Made by a program: the position numbers and the translations under genes
From: Shigella phage vB_SboS_Gloob
Direction: 5' to 3' (one strand)
DNA length: 64,000 bases
Sequence record: OL615011
In this document: piece by piece, positions 48,269 through 57,668 of the stretch
Numbering within the stretch: position 1 is the stretch's first letter
How the letters are laid out: the number at the start of each line of letters is the position of its first letter
The notes under the pieces: generated by a model
Told to the model about the DNA's origin: nothing
Seen by the model: only the letters and a program-made list of their open reading frames with translations
Databases searched by the model: none

Positions 48269-50512
48269 TTAGATTTTGATCTCTTTCTCTGCCAGTTCGG
48301 CAGTGACCTTGTACTTCACACCATCCACTTCAACTTCCATGGTGGACTCTTCCAGGTCGAGGTCGGTGAACCAGCCGTGGCCAGCAACGATACCATAAAC
48401 CACTTTAGACAGCGTCTTGTTCAGGGCGCGGACTTCGGTGATGGCCGCCTTGGCAGCAGCGTCGATCCAGTTTTCGATCAGCTGTTTCTGTACGGCTTCA
48501 GGCACGGCAGTGATCGCAGGAGACTTCACGAATGCTTCGTATTCCTTCAGAGCATTGGCGATGAACAAGTCACCCGCATTGAGTTTCTTGTTCTCGGCAA
48601 TCTTCTTCTGTACTGCCGCGATGCTCGGCAGAGAAGACGCTCCAGCGATCTTAACGTTCAGCTCACGGCTCATGTAGACATCCGTGGAGTCCTTCAGTTC
48701 GGTCTTCGGTGAGAAGCCGTAATCACGGATGCCGTAGGAGGACAGGAACTCAGCCGCCTCAGCGCCGTACTGTACTGCCAGGCCTTTGGCGTTGCCTTTG
48801 CCAACCAGTTCATCACGGAAGAACTTCAGCACCTTCTGCTTGCCTTTCAGGGCTTCCAGACGGACATTATCCGCAAAGAACTGAGCAGCACTGATGTTCT
48901 TGACCATGGCGCGGTTGACCAGCGGTACGCTTTCCAGGTTCAGGACAAACACTTCCGGACCACCGAACACATGGACGCCCATCTGGCACAGATTGGTTAC
49001 AACTTCAACATCAGCCCTGAACGGCAGAGTCTTCACGTTGATGATGCCGTCTTTGACGATGGTGTAGTTGCGCCATTGGAAAGTATCCAGTTCTTCAGGC
49101 AGACCGAACTTCTTCTGCACGAACTCCGGAATCGCCACAGTGCCGTGCTGGACAGTGCGTACACTGATATTAGGGCGTTCGGAGTTATAGACCAAATCGC
49201 TGATTGGCACAACACCCAGATCGTTGGTAGGTTCGAACGTCGGGTTCCACTCTTCGTGCTCGGCCAGCTTGAGAGCCAGGGCTTTGCGCTCTTCTTTGGA
49301 CTCGGCGTTCGCGATCTGTTCTGCCAGCTTGTCTTCGGTATCGTCCAGTTTCTGAGCCGTACCGCGACCGATGCTCTTGTAGGAGAACATAGGATGTTTG
49401 GTGGCAACACACACGCCAGCTTCAGCCAGATACGTCAGCACGTCAACGACGGTCGTCGCATCTTCAGCCGGGACCAGGTCATAGTCAATACCGTCAACGC
49501 CGCGCAGCTGGTCATCAACGATGGCCTGGGTCAGATCAACTTTGATGTTGGAGTAGTCCTGCTTGGTGAAGCAGTTGCTGTACTGTTTGATGAAGCGGAC
49601 GTCGCCCGTTTTCTTCAGTGCAGCCCACACCAGGTCTGCGTCCATGATGTGTACGCCGTAGAACGCCAGCACGTATGCCGCCTGGATGTCCGCCAGCGCA
49701 TCAAGTTGGTCGATCATGTTAGGATTGACGACCCACAGCTTCGTGACGCTCTCAGGGATGCTCACGTGGCCAACGGGATGCTCTGCGTCTGCCTGTACCG
49801 CCAGAACAGTTGCTACGCCGTTTTCAACGTAGATGGCATGATCATACAGCAACGGAACATCAACAACCACCTTCGGAACTGAGGACTTCAGCACGGTTTC
49901 CAGCTCGGCCTGATACTCAACCTGACCTTCGGCAAACACGTGAGTCGCACCGGAGCGCTCAGACATCAGAGCCAGCAGTTCGCGGTTACAGTACCAGCCG
50001 TATTCGATGAAAGTGACGTTGTCGAACGCGGAAGGAAGTTTTTCGGCGGTGTCCAGGATCTCATTGGAGCGCCAGCAGTTGTCATAACCATCGGTCATGA
50101 ACGCCAGGTTGTTGACGTAGCCGGGTTTCTTCAGGTCACGCGCAGTATCCATCGCCAGTTTCAATGGCTCAACAAAACCAGTACAGCCGGACGGTTGTAG
50201 GAAGCGGTCGATCAGTTTGTTCAGCTCGCTCAGGTCAGATGCTGCACTAACCTGACGGCCAGCGAACACAGTACCAAAGTCGCCACGGGATGAGAAATAC
50301 AGAACACTCACAGTGTCTTCCGGTTTCACCAGAGAAGGCAGGTTCTCCTTCAGATGCTTACGGACTTCAGGGAGCGCCCGGTACATTGAACCGGAAATGT
50401 CTACAACGATTACATGGTTGGACGGAGCAGCAGTCGCAACCACATTCTTAAATTCTAATGATTCAATCATTGTTCTCTTCGCCTTTTGCGTAAGGGTTAA
50501 GTTCAGACTCAT
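48269..50512 (-). CDS. von Willebrand factor A (vWA) domain protein with MIDAS motif
   Basis: 747 aa; N-terminal VVVDISGSM (DxSxS MIDAS); large C-terminal region of unknown function. Confidence 0.6.
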   Translation of the reverse strand: MSLNLTLTQKAKRTMIESLEFKNVVATAAPSNHVIVVDISGSMYRALPEVRKHLKENLPSLVKPEDTVSVLYFSSRGDFGTVFAGRQVSAASDLSELNKLIDRFLQPSGCTGFVEPLKLAMDTARDLKKPGYVNNLAFMTDGYDNCWRSNEILDTAEKLPSAFDNVTFIEYGWYCNRELLALMSERSGATHVFAEGQVEYQAELETVLKSSVPKVVVDVPLLYDHAIYVENGVATVLAVQADAEHPVGHVSIPESVTKLWVVNPNMIDQLDALADIQAAYVLAFYGVHIMDADLVWAALKKTGDVRFIKQYSNCFTKQDYSNIKVDLTQAIVDDQLRGVDGIDYDLVPAEDATTVVDVLTYLAEAGVCVATKHPMFSYKSIGRGTAQKLDDTEDKLAEQIANAESKEERKALALKLAEHEEWNPTFEPTNDLGVVPISDLVYNSERPNISVRTVQHGTVAIPEFVQKKFGLPEELDTFQWRNYTIVKDGIINVKTLPFRADVEVVTNLCQMGVHVFGGPEVFVLNLESVPLVNRAMVKNISAAQFFADNVRLEALKGKQKVLKFFRDELVGKGNAKGLAVQYGAEAAEFLSSYGIRDYGFSPKTELKDSTDVYMSRELNVKIAGASSLPSIAAVQKKIAENKKLNAGDLFIANALKEYEAFVKSPAITAVPEAVQKQLIENWIDAAAKAAITEVRALNKTLSKVVYGIVAGHGWFTDLDLEESTMEVEVDGVKYKVTAELAEKEIKI

Positions 50513-50678
50513 CAGCGGCTTCGATGCGCGCCTTTACAGAGTCCAGCATATTGTTGATAAACTCACGAGACTGCTCCAGCTGAGCCAAGAGCACATCCTT
50601 TGGAGCATAGTTCTGAATGCAAGCCGGAATACTTTCAGACGTCGCCTTCAGGTCGGTAAAACATTCTTTCAGTACCAT
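50463..50678 (-). CDS. hypothetical protein
   Basis: 71 aa ORF. Confidence 0.35.
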   Translation of the reverse strand: MVLKECFTDLKATSESIPACIQNYAPKDVLLAQLEQSREFINNMLDSVKARIEAADESELNPYAKGEENND

Positions 50679-50744
50679 TTGATCTCACTTAACAGAGACG
50701 ACGCCCTGTTGGATTTAATAGCGGTCTTCACAGACATCAGGTTT

Positions 50745-50772
50745 ACCTCAAAACAGGGGAGTCTCCTCCCCT
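50745..50772 (-). terminator. terminator after NAMPT-like gene
   Basis: AGGGGAG-GAGA-CTCCCCT followed by GTTTTGAGG on minus strand. Confidence 0.5.
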
Positions 50773-50779
50773 TCGGTTA

Positions 50780-52444
50780 TCAGATTTGTGATGCCAATTC
50801 TGCCACCAGAGGAGCAGCACGAACACGCGCATCTTCCAGAGTCTGGGTGTTGAAGAACTTGCCGTCACGATACACCAGCTGGTGCTGGTTGTCGGCGTCT
50901 TGCACCTGATCAAAGGTGATACCGTCAACCAACACTAGTTTACCCTGAGAGTCTTTAATGACTTTAAGGAAACCACGCGCAGACTTTTTAGTCCCGCCTT
51001 TGTCGGTCTTCGGCTCTTTGAAGATCTCACGGAATTCGCCGTTCACTTTACCAGCCGTTGCTTTCACTGCCGTGCCAGTACTGTCACGGGTGTTCATCTG
51101 GTAGGTGTAGGAACCGATACCGAACACCACGTTGATGGAAGCAAAGTTCCGGCCAGCCAGACGACCAAAGATCTGGTCTTCACGTGCCAGGGTGATGGAG
51201 TCGCCGTAAATCAGACCGATGTGTTCGTCCAACAGGAAGTGACCAGTTTCGGTCTGGGTCCCGCCAAAGATCTCCCACAGGCGCTGGATAGAGCCGACCG
51301 CTTCTGAACGACTGATGATATTGCGGTCATCTGCCATCAGAGAGTTGATCGTGCCTTCGCCTGTAATCAGGTGATAGGTGTTCGTCTCTTCGATGTGAAT
51401 GACTTCGGTGCTGCTAGACACGCCGCTGATGTTCAGCATAGCGCGGTCTTTGAACCCCTCAATGCGGTAGCCGCCGACGATATGAACTGGGTCGCCCGAG
51501 TCAGGGCGGATCACGACTTTGCCGTTGCGTGCCATGATAATATCTTTCAGGCGCGGCAGATAGTCGTCGATGACCTGCCAGTAATCCCACGCATCAGACA
51601 CGATGCTGACGATGCCATCAGGATACACGTCCTGCACCAGGCGGCGGAAGGTTTCGAATTCACCATCCTTCGTACCCATACACATCACGGCGTGTTCGGT
51701 AGCCGCAACAGAACCAGCAACGACATAGTCTTCGTCGATGTCTGCGCCATAATACTCTTCTACGAAGTCCAGGGCAGGGTTGGTATCGGTGCCTTTGAAG
51801 AACACCAGATGACCGGAACCGGAAGACGCCGCGTCATGCCACCCACTCATACCACGGAAGGAGAAGTCGTGGCCTTGGTAGTCGATGAACCAATGGTCCG
51901 GCGACACGCCTGTAGCGAGGGCAGCTTTCACCATCAGTGCCTTGTAATGCAGAGCGATGGTGGCGTTCGTCATCGGCTTCCAGATCTCAGAGCTGAACAC
52001 AGTCTCCAGATAGTTGGTCAGCCAGTAGAACTCCGGCAGGGTGTTGAACATCACATACACCGGAACGCCATATGGGCACATGGTGCCTTCAGGCAGAGCA
52101 CGGACTTCGATAGGCAGGTAGCCGAGGTCATGCAGGGCTTCAATATGCTCTGTGCCGACGCGGCCTGGACCCAGGACTTTGTTCATGCGACGGGCATACT
52201 TCTTCAACACCTTGGCCTTTGGGCGCTGGAAGAATGCTTCGTCAAACAGTTCGTGGAACCAGGTCATGAAGCCCTGGATGCCCCAGACCACCACGCCGTT
52301 CTTCGGCAGGTGAGAGTTGAACAGTTTGTTGGAGCGCGGAGTTCCGTTGGAGAACACCAGCTCGCTGCCTTCAGGGAACTGATAGATGTGCCCTGATTTG
52401 TAGAAGTCGATTGCATGGATTGGATCTAAGTGGCGCATGCTCAT
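50780..52444 (-). CDS. nadV: nicotinamide phosphoribosyltransferase family protein (NAMPT/NadV or Namat)
   Basis: 554 aa; motifs FKGTDT, VAGSVAATEHA, RPDSGDP. Confidence 0.8.
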   Translation of the reverse strand: MSMRHLDPIHAIDFYKSGHIYQFPEGSELVFSNGTPRSNKLFNSHLPKNGVVVWGIQGFMTWFHELFDEAFFQRPKAKVLKKYARRMNKVLGPGRVGTEHIEALHDLGYLPIEVRALPEGTMCPYGVPVYVMFNTLPEFYWLTNYLETVFSSEIWKPMTNATIALHYKALMVKAALATGVSPDHWFIDYQGHDFSFRGMSGWHDAASSGSGHLVFFKGTDTNPALDFVEEYYGADIDEDYVVAGSVAATEHAVMCMGTKDGEFETFRRLVQDVYPDGIVSIVSDAWDYWQVIDDYLPRLKDIIMARNGKVVIRPDSGDPVHIVGGYRIEGFKDRAMLNISGVSSSTEVIHIEETNTYHLITGEGTINSLMADDRNIISRSEAVGSIQRLWEIFGGTQTETGHFLLDEHIGLIYGDSITLAREDQIFGRLAGRNFASINVVFGIGSYTYQMNTRDSTGTAVKATAGKVNGEFREIFKEPKTDKGGTKKSARGFLKVIKDSQGKLVLVDGITFDQVQDADNQHQLVYRDGKFFNTQTLEDARVRAAPLVAELASQI

Positions 52445-53295
52445 TTTACACGTCCTGTATTTTCAGTTTTGAAAGGAAGGCCGTCGGTGGTGATATTCTC
52501 CCACCAGACAGTGTCGGCATACACAGCATCATAGATCCCGTCGAAAACAGAGAGACCTTTGCTGAAGATGCCATGGGTGACGAAGAGCGTCATGTGCTTA
52601 GGCTCGTGCTTCTGAAGCTCTTTACCCAGCTCAACAAACGTGCGCCCGCCATCGCAGATATCATCAACCACCACCAGATAGCGGTCTTTGATCAGTTCAG
52701 GGTTTGTAATGCTCACCCCAATGATCTCACCAGTCTTGGTGTCACGGTTCTTGTGGCCGTAGACAACAGGAACACCATCCAACGACAGGCTGAGGGCTTC
52801 GGTCTTCTTCGCCGCGCCGCCGTCAGGGGCTACTAGCACAGCGTTGTTCCCACGGATGAACCAGCCCAGATACTGCCGCACGATGTAATCTTGCGGGACA
52901 ACATGGACGTTGTTGATCAGAGAAGACACGACATGGCTGTGAGGGTCTTTGATCGCCACGCGGTCAAAGTTCATGCTATTGATGAACTCAGCCGCCCACT
53001 TCACGGACAGAGGCTCGCCGAAGTCGCAATGGCGGTCCTGGCGAGCATACGGGAAGTAAGGGATATACGCATGGAAGGTCGTCAGACGGTCCACGTTACC
53101 CAGGCCGCGCACGGCGTTTACCAGAAGCGCCAGCTCAATGAAGTCGGCTGATGATTTGATGTGGGCATCAATCACAACCGTCTGAATCTTACCGACAGGA
53201 ATACCAGCCTTTTGGATCTTGATATGTTCCTCACCACCTGGGAAGGTGAAGTGTTTGTAGAACACATCTTGGTCGTTCAATTTCAAACGAAACAT
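52441..53295 (-). CDS. ribose-phosphate pyrophosphokinase (Prs) family protein, candidate ADPR-PP synthetase
   Basis: 284 aa; Prs hallmark IPYFPYARQDR and PRPP-binding loop VVVDDICDGGRT; overlaps NAMPT-like gene. Confidence 0.75.
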   Translation of the reverse strand: MFRLKLNDQDVFYKHFTFPGGEEHIKIQKAGIPVGKIQTVVIDAHIKSSADFIELALLVNAVRGLGNVDRLTTFHAYIPYFPYARQDRHCDFGEPLSVKWAAEFINSMNFDRVAIKDPHSHVVSSLINNVHVVPQDYIVRQYLGWFIRGNNAVLVAPDGGAAKKTEALSLSLDGVPVVYGHKNRDTKTGEIIGVSITNPELIKDRYLVVVDDICDGGRTFVELGKELQKHEPKHMTLFVTHGIFSKGLSVFDGIYDAVYADTVWWENITTDGLPFKTENTGRVK

Positions 53296-53401
53296 AATGT
53301 AGCCTCATGGTGTATTGTACAGCCGTATTATACTGTGATGCACAAATTGAAACACCCAGCAAATATACTGGGCGTCATTGATATTGAAGGAGTTTACTGA
53401 T

Positions 53402-53770
53402 TCAGGTTTTGGATTGTTCACATACCTCGGCCACCTTGCGACACATGTCGATATCGAACAAGCCAATATGACACTCACGCTTCTTTATCCCCAGCTTATG
53501 CGCCAGCCAACTGTAAGCGTCGCTCCTGCTCCTCTCTCCGCTTTTCCACAATGGGTCAAACGATCTGCTTCTCGGCACGGAGAGCGGCATTCGCCATCCT
53601 TCCCAGAGGTTGTCTGCCGTCGCCATGGGCATGGCAACCGACACGAGCGTCACATGGAGTGCATACCCAGAACTTCAGATTGCGGAGGTCAGGGCGATGA
53701 GGGTGGAGGACGTCACCACCGATGAATTCGGCTGGGAGGCCGCAGTAATCACAGATGACAGGTTTCATAT
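53402..53770 (-). pseudogene. DUF3268-like zinc-ribbon protein split by a +1 frameshift
   Basis: N-terminal ORF (CDYCG...CTPCDARVGCH...PLGRMANAALRAEKQIV stop) and C-terminal ORF (RSRSFDPLWKSGERSRSDAYSWLAHKLGIKKRECHIGLFDIDMC) together form one domain of about 120 aa; frame change near 53570-53590. Confidence 0.4.
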
Positions 53771-53774
53771 TCTT

Positions 53775-53806
53775 TGTCCAAAAGAAACCCCGCACATGGC
53801 GGGGTT
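53775..53806 (-). terminator. rho-independent terminator
   Basis: AACCCCGC-CATGT-GCGGGGTT followed by TCTTTTGG on minus strand. Confidence 0.6.
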
Positions 53807-53828
53807 GCTCAGGCCGAGGCCAACAGGG

Positions 53829-54200
53829 TTATTTCAGCAGCGCTTCCAGTTCTTCAACAGATTTGCCTTCCAGCTCCTGCTGTTTCTTACGCTGGATCAG
53901 CTCCAGGATAACCTGGTTGTTCGCCTTACGCTCTGCCGCGTCTTTGCTGTCGTCACGCTCTTTCAGCTTAACGCCGATGATGTGCTTGACAACGTCGAAG
54001 CGCAGCTGCAGTTCGGAGTCAACGTTGCTTTTGGTGCCGATGAAATCTTCTTCATCGGTTTCCGCTGCCTTCACCTGACGGCTCAGACCTTTCGCCATTT
54101 CGTTCAGGGCAGTCAGGCTCAGGTCCCAGACCTGCTCAACAGACAGCAGACCTTTGTTAGACTCGAAGCGCAGTTTCAGACGGGTTGCTTTATCAAACAT
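53829..54200 (-). CDS. hypothetical charged protein
   Basis: 123 aa ORF. Confidence 0.45.
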   Translation of the reverse strand: MFDKATRLKLRFESNKGLLSVEQVWDLSLTALNEMAKGLSRQVKAAETDEEDFIGTKSNVDSELQLRFDVVKHIIGVKLKERDDSKDAAERKANNQVILELIQRKKQQELEGKSVEELEALLK

Positions 54201-54244
54201 TTTACTATCCTCAATGATGAATGGGTTACAGTTTCAAATCAGGT

Positions 54245-56263
54245 TTAGAAAACAACTTTCACAGTGCGGTTGAAAGAGCCGCTCACCTTCACGAACACGT
54301 GGTTGCGTTGGGTGGTAGAGAAGCCCAGACCGGACAGCTGCTCAGTGCTTGGCTGTACTTTAATCTTACCGCCCAACATTTCAAAAACCTTGCGGTGTTT
54401 ATCAAGTTCCGGCTTCAGATACTCGTTATAGAAGCCACGAGTGCCGACAGGGTTAGCACAACCTTCCAGAATGAAGAACACGTGCTTGTTGCCTGTCTGT
54501 TCGCCATCCCAATGGTTTGGTGAGTTCAGAACCAGCTGTACCTTCTGGAAGACAGCGGTCTTGATACCCCAGATTTCCTGGGAGCGAGCATCGTCCTTCA
54601 GGGTAGAACGGATGTCTACCACTTGTCCAGCGCGGACATCAATCACAACAGCCAGAGTGCGATCTTTGTGCTTCAGGCCAGGATGCGAAAAACGCTTGGT
54701 CTGGCCTTTGTATTCAACTTCGATTTCGAAGCCCATATCACAGGTTTCACGCTGGCTGAAGTTAGTGACATAGAACTCGTACAGACCATCACGCAGCTTG
54801 CGTTCATCGCTGAAGAAGATGTTCTCCACCGGGCGGCGGTTGGGGTCAATACCGTCCATACCGTTCATGTCGATATCCAGGGTTGCGCCAGTTGCCGAAC
54901 GACGGTTGTGATAATACACGTGGTTGTGAAGAGGATCGTTCAGGCTCAGATCCAGGTCATCGTTGTTATGCCACGCCAGGGACACACGGAGGAAACCGTC
55001 AACGTTGCCGCCTGCCGTCTTCACGCGCTCTTTGATGGAGTCGGCCACTTCACCGTTGTATGACCAGCTGAAGCCGTTGTTCCACTTGAACAGGTTAGGA
55101 GCACCTGCCGTAGCCGGAGCGATCAGGGACATCAGGTTGCCAGTGTGAGAGTTTTCAACCAGCACTTCCAGGGAATGCGCCTTTGGCAACACGTTGGTCA
55201 GGAAGTCGTCGATGGTGATCTCTTCAACCTTGTCCAGGGACTTGGTCGGAGTCTTCACTTCAGACGCCAGCTGAGCAAACGGGTCCATCTTCTTCTGTGC
55301 TGCCAGGTCGGCAAACAGAACGTTGTTGATGGTCAGATCGTCATACACGGCATAACGGCGACCCAGTGAATCAGTCAGACCCAGCGCTTCGACTTCTTTC
55401 TGCGCGTTTTCAATCATGGACTTCGTGACCAGCGCGGTTGGGCGCTTGTAGTTCGTCGGAGCGACTTTGGCTTCAAAGGACTTCACGGCGGTTTCCAGAT
55501 CCCGACCTTCATTGAGGTCTACCAACAGAGAGCCAATCACGGTATTGCGGATGCCGTGAGGGGTGTGTCCGTTTGCACGGTAGCCAGTACGCCAAGCCCA
55601 CAGAGCGCGTTTCTCTTCTGCAGTTTGTTCGTACAGGGTCTTGCTCGTCACGAACGCCTGCACAGCAGCTTTGTGCTCTTCACCACGATACAGAGAATTC
55701 TGATCAATCAGTTCCAGAACGATTTCGGCCGATTCCAGAGACAGTTCACGCAGGCCGCGCTCAAACACTTCAATCGCCTGGCGGATTTCACCCTTCTTAG
55801 AAGCGATGGCATCAGCCCGCAGAACATAGCTGGGCAGCAGGTCGGTGTGGAAGTGGTTGTAGGTGCGGACATTACCGTCTTTCATTTCGTGATTCGACTC
55901 AACGCCGACTTTCTTGGTATCGTTGAAGTACACGTCGACGATTGCGTGTTGCTTGACATACGCAGACAGCGCCGCAGCGACAACGTCGTATTCGTTACCC
56001 AGCTGAATGTTATCCCAGATAGAGATCACGTTCAGGTCGGCGTCGATGGTCACCACACCGCCGATGTTACGGATGAATTGTTTACAGCAGGTGCAGTCGT
56101 GCTCGGTGCGCTCACGGTAGAGCGGGTTGGTGCCAGCAGGGAAAGAGTTCAGATACAGATCCCACAGAGCATCTTTATCGATGTTGGTCATGAACAGACC
56201 AGTTGCTGACATGGCCAGCACATTATTGTTTACGGCTACTGCGAAGGGCTTAAATTCTGACAT
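54245..56263 (-). CDS. large hypothetical protein (672 aa)
   Basis: Long uninterrupted ORF; Cys cluster HDCTCCKQF; no recognised catalytic motif. Confidence 0.55.
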   Translation of the reverse strand: MSEFKPFAVAVNNNVLAMSATGLFMTNIDKDALWDLYLNSFPAGTNPLYRERTEHDCTCCKQFIRNIGGVVTIDADLNVISIWDNIQLGNEYDVVAAALSAYVKQHAIVDVYFNDTKKVGVESNHEMKDGNVRTYNHFHTDLLPSYVLRADAIASKKGEIRQAIEVFERGLRELSLESAEIVLELIDQNSLYRGEEHKAAVQAFVTSKTLYEQTAEEKRALWAWRTGYRANGHTPHGIRNTVIGSLLVDLNEGRDLETAVKSFEAKVAPTNYKRPTALVTKSMIENAQKEVEALGLTDSLGRRYAVYDDLTINNVLFADLAAQKKMDPFAQLASEVKTPTKSLDKVEEITIDDFLTNVLPKAHSLEVLVENSHTGNLMSLIAPATAGAPNLFKWNNGFSWSYNGEVADSIKERVKTAGGNVDGFLRVSLAWHNNDDLDLSLNDPLHNHVYYHNRRSATGATLDIDMNGMDGIDPNRRPVENIFFSDERKLRDGLYEFYVTNFSQRETCDMGFEIEVEYKGQTKRFSHPGLKHKDRTLAVVIDVRAGQVVDIRSTLKDDARSQEIWGIKTAVFQKVQLVLNSPNHWDGEQTGNKHVFFILEGCANPVGTRGFYNEYLKPELDKHRKVFEMLGGKIKVQPSTEQLSGLGFSTTQRNHVFVKVSGSFNRTVKVVF

Positions 56264-56378
56264 GATGTAGTCTTCCTGTTTCAGTTCAAATGTGCGCCCC
56301 GTTTGCCAGAGCGCTTCGTTTAAGTGAGGTCAATAATACGTTGAAAAAGGTTATTGAAGAATGAAGTAAAGGGAATCT

Positions 56379-57599
56379 TTATTCAGGTTTCTTCAAACGG
56401 TCCAGCAAATTGACGGAACCACGTTTGAGCACGACTTCATCACAGCGCTTTTTGTATTCCCCGCCGCCGTCATAGCTGACCTTGCCCCGAGGTTTTTCAC
56501 CGCGCCCAACCGCCTCAACACAGCGAGTGTACTTGCTCAGTTCACAGAACATGTTCTCCAGCTGCATGACGTTCATGCACTGATCTACAGGCTCTTCGGC
56601 TGACCAGAATTGCTCGCGAACATACCCATATTGGGAGTATACTGCGTCCTGATTATCCCGTAGCCAGAATATGCATTCTTCGTGAGTCATGCCGTCTTTG
56701 TTCAGGAACAGCAGATCAATACCTGCGCGACAGCCCGGTCCGGCTATCGTGAAGTGGTTCTCACTGAACGGATAACCAGGCATGTACGTGAAGTCAACCC
56801 AGATCTGGTATGCCAGGAATGGACCAAGACCTTCGATGTCGTCGTACATGCGCTGGTATACTTCCAGAGGAGTACCAAGGCGCAGCAGGTCATGGAAGTA
56901 ATTTGGATACTTGTTGACGAATGCCTTCAGGGAACGGATGACACGCATTGGCATGTACGGCTCCCAGCCTTCGATGGTGTAGAAGTCCGGCTCCGCTTCA
57001 GCGATGGCCTTGGCTTCCTTATAATCCATGTTCTGGGTCGAACCATCTTTGCAGATCAGGTTCACCATCATCCCACCGAAGCGCTGCTCTTTGTGGTTGA
57101 CAACCAGCTCAGGGAAAGCCAGGCATTGCTTCAGACCGCCCGTGTTGAAGGCATTGGTGAATACTTTACCGCCGTCGGCCTCGAACTTCTGAAGTCGTTC
57201 GCGGGTTGCGTCAAGGTTGATCTTGGCGAATTCTTTGATCGTCATCGCGCCGCCGATAGCCTGGATCGGATCCCAGAGGTTGAACATGCGGAACAGCACG
57301 CAGTTAAACATCTTGTCTGCCATACCCAGAGCATCGTTGTTGACGATGTTGTTGATCAGGTTAAGAGACTGCCTGTCGTGCTCTCTCCGGACGTTACAGA
57401 ACTTGACCTGCCGTAGTATAGGATTATTCGTCCAAGGGGCAGGAAGACGCTGGACGTCCTTCTTGACGTGGATCTTATAGCGCTCGCTCATCCATTCGTA
57501 AGACAGGCGGGTATGGGTCGGACTGAGAACCGGTTTGGCCGACTTTATCTTTTCTTCACGGACACCGCAGTACGGGACGTCCAGGGCTTTATCTTTCAT
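56379..57599 (-). CDS. hypothetical protein (406 aa), candidate nucleic-acid modifying enzyme
   Basis: Long ORF; no motif assigned by eye. Confidence 0.5.
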   Translation of the reverse strand: MKDKALDVPYCGVREEKIKSAKPVLSPTHTRLSYEWMSERYKIHVKKDVQRLPAPWTNNPILRQVKFCNVRREHDRQSLNLINNIVNNDALGMADKMFNCVLFRMFNLWDPIQAIGGAMTIKEFAKINLDATRERLQKFEADGGKVFTNAFNTGGLKQCLAFPELVVNHKEQRFGGMMVNLICKDGSTQNMDYKEAKAIAEAEPDFYTIEGWEPYMPMRVIRSLKAFVNKYPNYFHDLLRLGTPLEVYQRMYDDIEGLGPFLAYQIWVDFTYMPGYPFSENHFTIAGPGCRAGIDLLFLNKDGMTHEECIFWLRDNQDAVYSQYGYVREQFWSAEEPVDQCMNVMQLENMFCELSKYTRCVEAVGRGEKPRGKVSYDGGGEYKKRCDEVVLKRGSVNLLDRLKKPE

Positions 57600-57610
57600 G
57601 GTATCCTCTT

Positions 57611-57645
57611 AGAATACGAAAAACAGAGGCCATTATAGCCTCTGT
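57611..57645 (-). terminator. rho-independent terminator
   Basis: ACAGAGGC-TATAATG-GCCTCTGT followed by TTTTCGTATT on minus strand. Confidence 0.6.
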
Positions 57646-57668
57646 TGTTTAGTGAATAACTGTATATC

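Noticed and set aside
48971-49882. 303-aa plus-strand ORF
   Set aside because: Antisense to the vWA gene
51371-52396. 341-aa plus-strand ORF
   Set aside because: Antisense to the NAMPT-like gene
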